This document shows positions 39,720 to 49,376 of a stretch of 64,000 bases of DNA, one piece after another. The stretch lies in contig JABHFS010000052.1 in assembly GCA_018672475.1 (NCBI GenBank), positions 4,697 through 68,696 on the forward strand. Direction: 5' to 3'. The stretch comes from Gemmatimonadota bacterium (GTDB lineage: Bacteria > Latescibacterota > UBA2968 > UBA8231). The translations under genes and the position numbers were made by a program. The first letter of the stretch is position 1. Every line of letters begins with the position of its first letter. The notes below the pieces were generated by a model, which saw only the letters and a list, made by a program, of their open reading frames with translations, was not told the origin of the DNA and made no database searches.

Positions 39720-41759
39720 ATGGAAACGTGGACAACAATAGCACCATTTGTAGGGCTGGGCGGATTGCTCTGCTCGCTCTTGATTTACTTTTATATAAAG
39801 AAAGCTCCGGCGGGTACTCCGGAGATGGTGGAGATCGCTGAAGCGATCCACGAAGGGGCGATGACCTTTCTCAAGCGCGAGTATACTATCCTCGCCGGTT
39901 TCATCGTCATTGTCTTCGCGTTGCTCTTTGTTTTTGTTGGCGCCAATACGGCCTATGCCTTTTTGGCCGGGTCTATATGCTCGATCCTCGCCGGTTATAC
40001 CGGGATGAACGCCGCGACCCACGCCAATGTGCGCACCGCGCAAGCCGCTACGGAACACGGCCAAGGTCAGGCGCTGAACATGGCGTTTTCGGGTGGCGCG
40101 GTTATGGGGCTGGCCGTAGCGGGCTTGGGGCTCTTTGGCGTCGGGGCGTTGGCCCTCGCCTTTGGTGTTTGGAAGGACGTGAGTCAGGCGTCGACGATTA
40201 GCGGTTTCGCGATGGGCGCTTCTTCAATCGCCCTTTTCGCGCGCGTCGGCGGCGGTATCTTCACTAAGACCGCCGATGTCGGCGCTGACTTGGTGGGTAA
40301 GGTCGAAGCCGGGATTCCCGAAGATGATCCGCGCAACCCCGCCGTTATCGCCGATAATGTCGGCGACAATGTCGGCGATGTCGCCGGAATGGGCGCCGAT
40401 ATTTTCGAGTCGTATGTTGGCTCGGTTATCGCCACCATCGCGATCGCCGCGGCGGCCTCCGCTTCCATGCTCAATATTCTTGCTCCCAATATCTCCGATC
40501 CGACGAGCGCCAAACTCGCTGCAATGAGCTTCCCGCTTATCGTCATCACGATCGGTCTGGTCGCGTCGCTCTTTGGGGTGTTGACGGTGCGGATTCTGCA
40601 AAACTCGGATCCGGGCGCTGCTTTGCGCTATTCGACCTTTGTCGCCGCCGCGTTGATGCTGGTCGGCTCTTGGTGGGTTGCCGGCACGATCGGTCTTTCC
40701 AATCAGCCGGTTTGGGCGCTGTGTGCGGGCTGCTTGGCCGGTATCGCCATCGGGCTTATAACCGAGTATTATACCGGCGGCAAACCCGTGCGGGATATCG
40801 CCGAAGCGTCCAAGACCGGTTCGGCGACCAATATCATTTCTGGTTTGGCTGTCGGCATGGAGAGCGTTGCGCTGCCGACGATAGGGATTGTTCTCGCGAT
40901 CGGTTTGGCTTTCCACTTCGCTGGGCTCTACGGCATCGGCATCGCCGCTGTCGGCATGCTGGCGACGGTGGGCATCACCATGTCGGTCGACGCCTACGGT
41001 CCCATTGCCGACAACGCTGGTGGTATCACCGAAATGGCGGGCCTCGGCGAAGATACGCGCAAGATCACCGATAGCCTCGACTCGCTCGGCAATACCACGG
41101 CCGCCATGGGTAAAGGTTTCGCCATTGGTTCGGCGGCTCTGACGGCTTTGGCGCTCTTCTCGGCTTATACCTCGGCCATTGAAGCTAAGACCGGAGAGCC
41201 AATCGTTATTGATGTGACCACGCCGATTGTGGTCATCGGGCTTTTTATCGGCGCGATGATTCCCTACTTGGCTGCCGCCATCACCATGACTTCGGTCGGC
41301 AAAGCCGCTTTCAAGATGGTCGAGGAGGTTCGCCGCCAGTTTCGCGAAATTCCTGGTCTGATGGAGGGCACCGCCAAGCCCGATACCAAACGCTGCATAG
41401 ATATTAGCACGACCGCTGCCTTGCGCGAGATGATTCTGCCGGGTTTGTTGGCGGTATTGGCGCCGGTCGTTGTCGGTTTCGGTCTTGGCCCGGTGGCACT
41501 GGGCGGCATGCTGGTCGGAGCCACAGTCAGTGGTGTATTGCTGGCGTTGATGATGGCCAATAGCGGTGGGGCTTGGGACAACGCCAAGAAGTATATTGAG
41601 GAGGGCAATTTGGGGGGCAAGGGCTCCGACACCCATAAGGCCGCCGTCGTCGGCGATACAGTCGGCGACCCATTCAAGGATACGTCGGGTCCGTCTTTGA
41701 ACATATTAATCAAGCTGATGTCGGTGATTTCTCTCGTCCTGGCACCGCTTTTCGTCTGA
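39720..41759 (+). CDS. hppA: membrane-bound proton/sodium-translocating pyrophosphatase
   Basis: [18 protein letters not shown] and other H+-PPase signature motifs, 16 TM, 679 aa. Confidence 0.95.
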   Translation: METWTTIAPFVGLGGLLCSLLIYFYIKKAPAGTPEMVEIAEAIHEGAMTFLKREYTILAGFIVIVFALLFVFVGANTAYAFLAGSICSILAGYTGMNAATHANVRTAQAATEHGQGQALNMAFSGGAVMGLAVAGLGLFGVGALALAFGVWKDVSQASTISGFAMGASSIALFARVGGGIFTKTADVGADLVGKVEAGIPEDDPRNPAVIADNVGDNVGDVAGMGADIFESYVGSVIATIAIAAAASASMLNILAPNISDPTSAKLAAMSFPLIVITIGLVASLFGVLTVRILQNSDPGAALRYSTFVAAALMLVGSWWVAGTIGLSNQPVWALCAGCLAGIAIGLITEYYTGGKPVRDIAEASKTGSATNIISGLAVGMESVALPTIGIVLAIGLAFHFAGLYGIGIAAVGMLATVGITMSVDAYGPIADNAGGITEMAGLGEDTRKITDSLDSLGNTTAAMGKGFAIGSAALTALALFSAYTSAIEAKTGEPIVIDVTTPIVVIGLFIGAMIPYLAAAITMTSVGKAAFKMVEEVRRQFREIPGLMEGTAKPDTKRCIDISTTAALREMILPGLLAVLAPVVVGFGLGPVALGGMLVGATVSGVLLALMMANSGGAWDNAKKYIEEGNLGGKGSDTHKAAVVGDTVGDPFKDTSGPSLNILIKLMSVISLVLAPLFV

Positions 41760-41798
41760 GGGATAACCTTCAGACTATAACCGAGAAAGCGTATTCCA

Positions 41799-42383
41799 AT
41801 GAAGAACTACGAACTCGTATGCATCCTGGATCCCCAGGTTGGCGAGGGGCAATACGAACAAGCCATCGAAAAATACGAGACTTATATAAAAGAGAATGGC
41901 GGTGAAATCACCCAGATGGATGATTGGGGACTGCGGCGCTTGGCCTATACCTCGGCCAGTCTGAAAAATCGCCGCCAGGGCTATTATGTGATTTTCCAGT
42001 TTGCCGTTGAGCAGACGATGATCGACGCGTTAGAGCAGACGATTAAACTCGATGATGGCGTGCTGCGCTATCTGCTCACAGGCGTCGATGGTGATTTTAT
42101 TCACGTGCCCCAGCTGGTCGCCGATAACTTCCTCGAAGAAGCCTTTGCCCGACCCGCCCGCGGGCCCAGGGATCGGGATCGCGGCGGTCCCCGTCGCGAC
42201 CGCGACGACCGCGGCGACCGCGGTGACCGCGGGTCTAGGGACAGGGAAGAGCGTCCGTCGAGAGCAGCAGCACCAGCAGCACCAGCAGCAGCACCAGCAC
42301 CAGCACCAGCACCAGAACCAGCTAAGAGCGAGGCGGCCGAAGCACCAGCAGAAGCCGCTGTCGGGGAGTCTAAAGACTCCTGA
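41799..42383 (+). CDS. rpsF: 30S ribosomal protein S6 with long Arg/Asp- and Ala/Pro-rich C-terminal tail
   Basis: S6 core [12 protein letters not shown]...WGLRRLAY; tail [22 protein letters not shown]...[20 protein letters not shown]. Confidence 0.9.
   Translation: MKNYELVCILDPQVGEGQYEQAIEKYETYIKENGGEITQMDDWGLRRLAYTSASLKNRRQGYYVIFQFAVEQTMIDALEQTIKLDDGVLRYLLTGVDGDFIHVPQLVADNFLEEAFARPARGPRDRDRGGPRRDRDDRGDRGDRGSRDREERPSRAAAPAAPAAAPAPAPAPEPAKSEAAEAPAEAAVGESKDS
42262..42322. repeat. hexanucleotide (GCACCA/CAGCAC)n microsatellite within rpsF 3' region encoding Ala-Pro repeats
   Basis: gcagcagcaccagcagcaccagcagcagcaccagcaccagcaccagcaccagaaccagc read directly. Confidence 0.7.
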
Positions 42384-42396
42384 TAGGCATGCGCCG

Positions 42397-43212
42397 ATGC
42401 TGATTCTGCTGGGCATAGCGCTGATGTCCTTTTCGCTTCTGATGGGCTTGCGATATGGCTCGCGTGGTGCGTTGCCTTTGGTCGGCTTGCTCTGTTTGTC
42501 CGCGGCGTTCTTCATGGGTCCGGCTTTTGGGCTGGCCCCCATTATGGGGTTGATTGCCGTACTGAGGATGGAGCAAAAAGAAAGCTACGGCCGCGTCGTG
42601 GCCATGGCCTGTACGCCGGCGGTGGGATTGAGCCTCTGGCAACTGATCCAGGCGCGCGACCCGATACATCGCGGAGAGCGGTCTGTCGCCGTGTTAGAGC
42701 AGTTTCAGGCGCTGGGCCTGGCTGTTGAAGACGGTGGTCAGGCTTTGCACGCGATGGTCGATGCGGTCTTGCGGGTGCAGCCGGCTATCGAGTTGGTGAG
42801 CCTGCTGTTGACCTTTGTCTTGGCGTATCGGTTAAGCCAGAAGATGGCCCCCCGGTTTGGGCTGGAGTTGCCGGCCCCGTTGCCCTTGCCTTTGTGGCGG
42901 CCTTGGGACGAATTGATTTGGGTCTTGATTGCAGCGTTGGGTCTGGGTCTTTTAGGCAGCGGATTGATGGCCGATTTGGCGCTCAATCTCATGGTGGTGA
43001 CGGGGGTTCTTTACGGGGCCCAGGGATTGGCGGTGCTGCGTTTTTTCGCCCAGCGTCAGGGGGTGCCGCTCTTGGTCGAGTTGTCCTTTTATTTGGGGCT
43101 TCTCCTCGTTGCGGGTCTGGCTTTTCTGCTCCTGGCGGGGCTGGGGCTGTTGGACACTTGGTTCGACTGGCGTCGGTTGCGACCGGCACCGAGCGAAGAA
43201 GAAGAAGTGTAA
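42397..43212 (+). CDS. polytopic membrane protein, DUF2232 (YybS)-like
   Basis: 271 aa with about 7 hydrophobic helices located between rpsF and rplI as YybS family often is; start at Met 42397 after rpsF stop (track ORF start 42052 inside rpsF rejected). Confidence 0.55.
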   Translation: MLILLGIALMSFSLLMGLRYGSRGALPLVGLLCLSAAFFMGPAFGLAPIMGLIAVLRMEQKESYGRVVAMACTPAVGLSLWQLIQARDPIHRGERSVAVLEQFQALGLAVEDGGQALHAMVDAVLRVQPAIELVSLLLTFVLAYRLSQKMAPRFGLELPAPLPLPLWRPWDELIWVLIAALGLGLLGSGLMADLALNLMVVTGVLYGAQGLAVLRFFAQRQGVPLLVELSFYLGLLLVAGLAFLLLAGLGLLDTWFDWRRLRPAPSEEEEV

Positions 43213-43256
43213 GCACAAAACGATATCGCAGTTTCTTATTGAGTGGAGGATAAGGC

Positions 43257-43700
43257 GTGAAAGTAATTCTGATTAAAGATATTGAGAATTTGGGTTCGGC
43301 CGGCGAGGTCGTACAGGTCAATGATGGGTTTGGCCGAAACTTCTTGATTCCCCGCAGCGAGGCGCTGATCGCCAGCGATGCCAACGTGGCCCAGTTCGAA
43401 TCTCGGCGCAAACAGCACGAGGCTGTTACCGAGCGCGAGCGTCGTGCCGCCGAAGTCATCGCCAAGAAGCTGGAAACCGATTCGCTCACCGCGCAGGTCA
43501 AAGTTGGCGAGGAGGACCGCCTCTTCGGTTCGGTCACCGTGCAGAATATCGCCGAATTGCTCGAAGAGAAGGGCTATGATATCGAGCGCCGGGCCATCCA
43601 CCTAGAAGACGGTATCCGCGAGTTGGGCGTCTACAATATCGAAGTGCGCCTGCATCCGGACGTCAAGGCGACGGTCAAGCTCTGGGTCGTCAAAGAGTAA
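43257..43700 (+). CDS. rplI: 50S ribosomal protein L9
   Basis: MKVILIKDIENLGSAGEVVQV N-terminus, 147 aa. Confidence 0.9.
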   Translation: MKVILIKDIENLGSAGEVVQVNDGFGRNFLIPRSEALIASDANVAQFESRRKQHEAVTERERRAAEVIAKKLETDSLTAQVKVGEEDRLFGSVTVQNIAELLEEKGYDIERRAIHLEDGIRELGVYNIEVRLHPDVKATVKLWVVKE

Positions 43701-43711
43701 CGGGACATTGG

Positions 43712-43735
43712 GGGGGCTATCTGACGATAGCCCCC
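43712..43735 (+). terminator. GC-rich hairpin downstream of rplI (GGGGGCTATC-TGAC-GATAGCCCCC), weak T-tail
   Basis: Perfect 10-bp stem read directly; followed by GTTCC rather than U-run. Confidence 0.4.
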
Positions 43736-43766
43736 GTTCCACCCTCCTAAAAGCTAGAGGCCTCCC

Positions 43767-44696
43767 ATGCTAGGTAGGGCGCTGTTTCTCCTCTGGATCG
43801 GTTGGACGGTTGCCGGCTGCGACTCGGGTTCGTCACAAGGCCCTTATGCACAAGCCGAGCAACAGGTCTGGCGTGCCGTCAATAGCAGTCACCGCGGTTC
43901 CGACGGCGTCTTGGTACAGGCGACGCTGCGCACCTTCGCCTACGAAATCGCCAGCGCCTACGCGCGCGCCGAGCGTGAGGACTTGGGCCAAGAGCAGCTC
44001 GAGTACCGCATCAAGCGAACGGTCTACTCCTACGTCGATGGCACCTATCCAGCCGAAGACGGCACCGATATCAATAGCCTCTACTTTCAGTATCTGGTCT
44101 ACGTAAACCCCTCCTTTGACGCTCGAAACCCGCTTGAAAAACAGAAATTCGACAATTGGCGCAGCCAGTACGTGCGCCAGCTCGTCGATTCTATCTACGA
44201 CCGCAAATTCCCCATTCTGCGCAATACCTACAACGAGCGCTGGGGCTTGACCCTCTACAACCGCTTGGTCTTTACCGTCTACCTGTCGAGCGAAGAGTCG
44301 CAGCTGAAACCGCCGATCGCCGATATCGGTGACCGGACCTTCCTGGTTAATCAGCGCGGCGAGCGTTTTAAAGCCAGCGGCCTGTTCAATTCTTATCCCT
44401 ACGAGAGCGACCGGCCCGAAGGCGAAGTGCTCGACGGCAAAGACTACTATCGCGTGTTCTTCCCCAATCGCAAGGACGACAAGAAGACGCCGATCGTGGC
44501 GCACGATGACGAGTACTTCGAGCTGCATATCGAGGGCTTGGGCGACGAGCCGTTGCGCACACTGCGCTGGGATTTGCCGCTGGCGTATCCGAAGCTCGCC
44601 GAGCGCAAGCTGCCGAACGACGAGGAGGTCTTCGCGCGCAAGGCGGCGGAGCGGGCCGAGCGCAAGGCGAAGGCGGCGGAGGCGAGGGGCGAGTAG
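43767..44696 (+). CDS. hypothetical lipoprotein with Lys/Ala-rich C-terminal tail
   Basis: Lipobox LLWIGWTVAGC; no recognisable domain; C-terminus ARKAAERAERKAKAAEARGE. Confidence 0.6.
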   Translation: MLGRALFLLWIGWTVAGCDSGSSQGPYAQAEQQVWRAVNSSHRGSDGVLVQATLRTFAYEIASAYARAEREDLGQEQLEYRIKRTVYSYVDGTYPAEDGTDINSLYFQYLVYVNPSFDARNPLEKQKFDNWRSQYVRQLVDSIYDRKFPILRNTYNERWGLTLYNRLVFTVYLSSEESQLKPPIADIGDRTFLVNQRGERFKASGLFNSYPYESDRPEGEVLDGKDYYRVFFPNRKDDKKTPIVAHDDEYFELHIEGLGDEPLRTLRWDLPLAYPKLAERKLPNDEEVFARKAAERAERKAKAAEARGE

Positions 44697-44730
44697 GCGG
44701 AGGCGCAAGGGAAGTAATAATAGAATAAGT

Positions 44731-44829
44731 GGGAGCGGATGCGTGCCTGGTGGCTGCCGCGGTCTTCAAAACCGTAGTGGTAATGCGAGAGTCTTGCTGG
44801 GTGGGTTCGATTCCCACACGTTCCCGCCA
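44731..44829 (+). tRNA. tRNA-like gene, probable tRNA-Sec (anticodon TCA), 99 nt with CCA
   Basis: 8-bp-type acceptor GGGAGCGG/ACGTTCCC with discriminator G and CCA, T-arm TGGGTTCGATTCCCA, anticodon loop CTTCAAA (TCA), long variable region; D-arm folds poorly by hand. Confidence 0.45.
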
Positions 44830-44952
44830 AATTGTAACCTACGGACTGACTATCAGTTACGTATGGTCCTAAACGCCTTGAGGGAGATGAAGTATTATCA
44901 TCTTAACCCTTGAGGCGTTAGTTCGTGTGGACAAAACGTGGACATGACAGGC

Positions 44953-45810
44953 TTACCTGTTTCGGCCCACTTGGGGTGAGACTTTTTGGTTTGCTAAAAA
45001 GCCTTCCGGGCTGAGGTATCCCAGCCGGCTATGGGGTCTTTCCTCGTTGTAATGCTGCCGCCAATCCTCAATTACGACCCGCGCTTCGCGCAGATTCAAT
45101 AACCACTCCCGGTTTAGACATTCATCACGAAAACGACTATGAAAACTTTCAATATACCCGTTTTGCCAGGGGCTGCCGGGGTCAATGTAAAGTGTTTTAA
45201 TCTGGTTTTCCCTAAGCCATGTCTGGATCTTCTGTGCGATAAATTCGGATCCATTATCGCTGCGAATATAGCGCGGGATGCCATAGGTGGTCATCGCCTG
45301 CCATAGGGTAGATAACACGTGCTCGGATTGGATTTGTCGCTCGACCCGGATGGCTAAACAGCGGCGCGAATACTCATCGAGCATCGTCAACATTTTCAGT
45401 GTACTGCCTTTGTCCGTCCGATCAAAAATAAAATCCCAAGTCCACACCTGGTTGGGCTGGCACGCCTGGGTCGGCAAGCCGGTCGAGATCCCTTGGCGCG
45501 GTATCCTCTGGGGTTTGGGACGGACCTTAAGGCCTTCTTTGCGGCGGACACGCTGAACTTGCTTACGGCTGACCGACCAGCCCTCTTGGGCTAACAACGC
45601 GCGAATACGCCGGTAACCATACCGAGGATGTTGCCAGGACAAGGCCACGATGCGCTGGTGTAACTGGATCTGTTTGGGTGGAAGTGGCTTGGCCCGATAT
45701 CGATAGGTCGATCGATGCACACCCAGATAACGACAAGCCCGACGCACCGAGCACAGCCCATGGCCAACGACATGGGCAACGGCCTGTTTCTTCTGCATCG
45801 GGCTTACCAC
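44953..45810 (-). CDS. IS3-family transposase OrfB (DDE integrase core)
   Basis: rve-domain motifs (WTWDFIF, DNGSEFI, retroviral-integrase-like DDE spacing), 285 aa. Confidence 0.85.
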   Translation of the reverse strand: MVSPMQKKQAVAHVVGHGLCSVRRACRYLGVHRSTYRYRAKPLPPKQIQLHQRIVALSWQHPRYGYRRIRALLAQEGWSVSRKQVQRVRRKEGLKVRPKPQRIPRQGISTGLPTQACQPNQVWTWDFIFDRTDKGSTLKMLTMLDEYSRRCLAIRVERQIQSEHVLSTLWQAMTTYGIPRYIRSDNGSEFIAQKIQTWLRENQIKTLYIDPGSPWQNGYIESFHSRFRDECLNREWLLNLREARVVIEDWRQHYNEERPHSRLGYLSPEGFLANQKVSPQVGRNR

Positions 45811-46133
45811 TTTTTTGCGTTGACTTCTTCCAAAATGCGATTTTTTAGCAGCGATTCGGCCAGCATCTTCTTAAGCTCTGAGTTTTCCTTTTCAAGCTCT
45901 TTAAGTCGTTTCGCATCGGCCAGATCCATATCGCCGTATTTGCGTTTCCACCGATGAAAGGTCGCTTTGGAAACATTATGTTCACGGCAAACCGAGTCGA
46001 TCGTTTCATCTGTTTCGGCCTGCCGTAAAATACGGATGATCTCTTCGGTGCTGTGCTGTTTTTGTTTCATGAGTCTACTCCTTATCGAGTAAGAAATAGT
46101 CTCGCCCTCCATGGAGCAAATCAGGTAGGTCAT
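45804..46133 (-). CDS. IS3-family transposase OrfA (HTH)
   Basis: IS3/IS911 OrfA-like HTH and leucine zipper, ends in slippery AAAAAAG overlapping orfB. Confidence 0.8.
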   Translation of the reverse strand: MTYLICSMEGETISYSIRSRLMKQKQHSTEEIIRILRQAETDETIDSVCREHNVSKATFHRWKRKYGDMDLADAKRLKELEKENSELKKMLAESLLKNRILEEVNAKKW

Positions 46134-46240
46134 GCCAGCTGGAAGGTTATCTCGAAGTTGATCTCAACCACCGCTTCCGCCAGTATCCCAACCCCCGTCT
46201 GGAGCAACACCACGTCGCTAGCGAGCAGGCCCAGGCCTGG

Positions 46241-47515
46241 ATGGGAAATTTGTCTAAAAAGGCCTACCCCTATTTTGCGCAGTTCGAAGCTTTTAGCGTC
46301 GATCCTGATTATACCACCGGAATAGATGTAGTCGACGAGACGGGGCGGATCGAATACGGTCGCGACCTGCAGCGCTACGAATTCGTCGATGACAACGACG
46401 ACCAGGACCGTCGGCCTGATTGGCGGCGCAAGGGGTGGGGATTCGGCGACCGAGAGATCTTTCCGGGCTGGGACGAGAACAATGATTTCATTTCTGATTT
46501 CAACCAGAATGACAGTGAGATTAGCCCCAACCGGGTAGCGGATTACGACGAGCCTTTCCTGCGTTTTCACACGGATCGGCCGGAGTTTCTCTATGGCATC
46601 GACCAGAATCACAATGGTTGGATCGACCGCTTCGAAAATGATGAGGTGGCGGACCTGCCCTACAAACGCGACCGCGAGGGCTTTAATATCTATGGAGGCG
46701 CTTTCCTGGCGCCGGGCGTTCGGCTGACGCTGGGTGTGCAAAGGGTCGAGCAGATCGCCGCCGACGGGCACAACCGGGCGGTGTATTTACTCGGACTAGC
46801 CGATCGCGATTTCGGGCGTTGGGGGCGGGTGCGGGTCTTTGAGGATTTGCGCCGGGTCGAAGACTCGATACGCGACGATTTATTGCAGTGGTTGCAACCG
46901 CCCAATACACGCGGCGACCTATTCCCGGTGCGTGATCCGCTGGCGGCGCCAGACACCTGGATTAATACTTCATTTGTCGGCTGGGGCTTGGAGCCGGTGC
47001 CGGGTTTAAAAATAGATCACACGTTTAAGTGGACATTCCATCACCAGCGATTAGAACGGCGTTTTTTGGCGCTGCGCGGTTTGCGCGACCAGGCCTCATT
47101 TTTTGGCATAGTAAACAAGATCGAATACCGTTTGAACCTAGGGGGTATAACGCTGCTGCCGGGATGGAAGAGCGAGTTTTTGCGGCGGACGCCGACGCTG
47201 GCGCAAGACGCACAGGCTCGCGAATGGAGTCAGTTTTTTATGGCGCTGGCGCGAGTGCCGGTATTGCGCCGCAGTTATCTGGAGGGCGGTTTTGAATACC
47301 AGGTTTTTTCGCAACGGCAGGACCCGACGCCGCCGGGTGCCGAGAACAGTTTCAACGGGCTGGTGGCGGCGCTGCAGCTGACTAATGTCTCGGAGTATTT
47401 AGGTTATCGTCTGACGACACTAGCCGGATTGCAATTAACGCGCCGCCGTTTTGAGATTGAAGCGACTCAGACCAATACACGCGGTTTTATGACGATCTTT
47501 GCGGGGGTGCAATAG
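46241..47515 (+). CDS. hypothetical Asp-rich protein with EF-hand-like calcium-binding loop and beta-strand-rich C-terminus
   Basis: DQNHNGWIDRFE matches EF-hand loop positions 1,3,5,6,8,12; acidic N-terminal half; C-terminal half alternating hydrophobic pattern ending in aromatic residue; no signal peptide detected. Confidence 0.55.
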   Translation: MGNLSKKAYPYFAQFEAFSVDPDYTTGIDVVDETGRIEYGRDLQRYEFVDDNDDQDRRPDWRRKGWGFGDREIFPGWDENNDFISDFNQNDSEISPNRVADYDEPFLRFHTDRPEFLYGIDQNHNGWIDRFENDEVADLPYKRDREGFNIYGGAFLAPGVRLTLGVQRVEQIAADGHNRAVYLLGLADRDFGRWGRVRVFEDLRRVEDSIRDDLLQWLQPPNTRGDLFPVRDPLAAPDTWINTSFVGWGLEPVPGLKIDHTFKWTFHHQRLERRFLALRGLRDQASFFGIVNKIEYRLNLGGITLLPGWKSEFLRRTPTLAQDAQAREWSQFFMALARVPVLRRSYLEGGFEYQVFSQRQDPTPPGAENSFNGLVAALQLTNVSEYLGYRLTTLAGLQLTRRRFEIEATQTNTRGFMTIFAGVQ

Positions 47516-49376
47516 CGTGAAAACGTTGGCGGCACTGCTGCTGTGCGCGACAATGGTGCTGCTCGGCTGCGGCGAGCGGAACCGGGTGCTGCTCGATGCG
47601 GCTACAGTGAGCAGCTTTGAGCACAGCTTCTTTGCAGACGCCGCGTTGGAAGCGGTGGTGCGCTCGGCGCTCGGGCGGCCGCGGGGGGTGTTGGAGCCTG
47701 CGGCGCTTTCCGCTATAGAAACCCTCGACGCGACCGAGCGGGGTATCATTGACTTAGAGGGGATAGGGCAAGTGACCGGCTTGCGGCAGCTTCGCCTGGC
47801 GCACAATCAGGTGCGCGACTTGACACCGTTGCGCGCATTGGACTCGCTGCGGGTTTTGGATCTGGCGGACAATCGGGTCTTTAGCCTGACGGCCCTAGCG
47901 CCCCTTAGCCGTCTCACCCACCTCAATCTCGATTTTAATTTATTGCGCAGTGTCGCGTCGCTCAGATCGCTCAGCAATCTGCAGGTCCTCAACCTGGGCA
48001 GCAATAGTATCCGTGATATCTCGGTGCTGGTGGAGTTGCGGCAATTGCAGAGCGTCGAGTTGTCGGGCAACCCGCTTGCGACGGCGGCGCTCGATGAGCA
48101 CTTGCCGGCGCTGGTGCGCCGGGGGGTGCAGGTCAGTCTCTATACCGCCGCGGGCCAGGTCTTTATCCCCGATTTGCGGCTGGAGGCGGTTATCCGCCGG
48201 GCGGTGAACAAAAACTTAGGCGGCCTGACTCGCGAGGATCTTGGCAGGATTTCTCGTTTGCGCATTACCGCCGATGACCGTGTCACCGATCTGCGGGGGA
48301 TTAATTTTCTGCGCAATTTGCGGATTCTCGAAATCGCAGAGAGTCAAGTGCGCGATCTGTCGCCGTTGGCGGGATTAGTCAATCTGGGCACGCTGAGAAT
48401 CACGAAGACCAGCGTGCAGGATCTCACCGCCCTGACCGATTTGAACCGTTTGACTTTGTTGACGCTGGACGAGGCCGCCGTACAGGATATCGCGCCCTTG
48501 GCCGATGTACAGTCCTTGCAGGTGCTTTCCCTGCGCGGCAATCGTATTAGCGATCTGCAAGCGCTCACCGGGCTGACGGGCCTCCTTCGCTTGGATATCA
48601 CCGAGAATAAGGTGACCGACTTGCGGCCGTTGCGGCTGTTGCAACTGTTGCGGGTGCTGCATGCCGACATGAATAGTATCGCCGATGTGACGGACTTGCC
48701 GCTCCTCAGAAATCTAGAGGAGATACACCTGGCTAAAAATCTCATAACGGATATTTCGCCGCTGCAGGAAATGGACCTGCGTTCGCCGCGTATTCTGGAT
48801 TTGTCCGACAATGCGATTGAAGATATATCGGCCTTGTCCCGTTTGGAGCGGATGAACGACTTGAATCTGTCGGGCAATCAGATTGAGGATCTGACGGCTC
48901 TGGAATCGCACGCCTTCTTGCGGACGTTGGATCTGAGCGGCAACCAGATCAGTGATCTGTCGCCGCTGGGCATCAATGGCTCCGGGCGGGACGGTAGATT
49001 CGGGAGCTTGCGCATCCTGGACGTCTCCAATAACCAGATCAGCGACTTGTCGCCGCTGGCCGACTATCGGGCGCTGACCCTGCTGCGTTTTTTGCACAAC
49101 CAGGTCAGCGACCTGTCGCCGCTCGAAGGTCATAATAACATTAGGGAGTTGGATTTTACGGGCAACGAGGTGGTCGATCTGTCGCCGCTGGTCAAGATGA
49201 TTCAACTGCGGCGGATCGGCGCGGTACTCAATCGCATCGAGGATTTGACGCCGCTTTTCGATTTGCGGAGCTTGGAATTCGTCGCGCTCTCGGGTAACCC
49301 GCTCAGCAACGTGGCCGTCGCTGAGCAGGTCGCGGCGCTAAGGGAACGCGAGATCGAAGTGGAGCTGGTCGAATGA
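47499..49376 (+). CDS. leucine-rich repeat lipoprotein (internalin-like LRR array)
   Basis: Lipobox LLGCGE; more than 20 tandem 22-residue LxxLxxLxLxxNxIxDLSPL repeats. Confidence 0.8.
   Translation: MRGCNSVKTLAALLLCATMVLLGCGERNRVLLDAATVSSFEHSFFADAALEAVVRSALGRPRGVLEPAALSAIETLDATERGIIDLEGIGQVTGLRQLRLAHNQVRDLTPLRALDSLRVLDLADNRVFSLTALAPLSRLTHLNLDFNLLRSVASLRSLSNLQVLNLGSNSIRDISVLVELRQLQSVELSGNPLATAALDEHLPALVRRGVQVSLYTAAGQVFIPDLRLEAVIRRAVNKNLGGLTREDLGRISRLRITADDRVTDLRGINFLRNLRILEIAESQVRDLSPLAGLVNLGTLRITKTSVQDLTALTDLNRLTLLTLDEAAVQDIAPLADVQSLQVLSLRGNRISDLQALTGLTGLLRLDITENKVTDLRPLRLLQLLRVLHADMNSIADVTDLPLLRNLEEIHLAKNLITDISPLQEMDLRSPRILDLSDNAIEDISALSRLERMNDLNLSGNQIEDLTALESHAFLRTLDLSGNQISDLSPLGINGSGRDGRFGSLRILDVSNNQISDLSPLADYRALTLLRFLHNQVSDLSPLEGHNNIRELDFTGNEVVDLSPLVKMIQLRRIGAVLNRIEDLTPLFDLRSLEFVALSGNPLSNVAVAEQVAALREREIEVELVE

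Larger units (their letters stand above)
44939..46137 (-). mobile_element. IS3-family insertion sequence (about 1.2 kb) with imperfect terminal inverted repeats
   Basis: orfA/orfB pair with A-AAA-AAG -1 frameshift heptamer at the overlap; terminal repeats TGGACATGAC...ACCTG...GGGTGAGACT at both ends (aligned by eye); boundaries approximate. Confidence 0.75.

Noticed and set aside
42180-42330. CRISPR-like regularity of the CGCGACC/GCACCA repeats
   Set aside because: These are short in-frame coding microsatellites inside rpsF, not 25-40-bp repeats with unique spacers. No cas genes are present.
42052-43212. Track ORF starting at 42052 inside rpsF, and minus-strand ORF 42030..42542 encoding CWCWCWCC
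   Set aside because: The N-terminal 115 codons are an out-of-frame read-through of the rpsF microsatellite tail. The real downstream gene starts at Met 42397 after the rpsF stop. The CWCW ORF is the antisense of the (GCACCA)n repeat.
44830-46240. Possibility that the EF-hand protein gene (46241) is split by the IS3 insertion with its 5' half upstream of the IS
   Set aside because: The 46241 frame stays open back into the IS left end, but all three frames in the 110 bp between the tRNA and the IS right end contain stops, so no upstream half-gene exists. The IS sits upstream of the gene rather than inside it.
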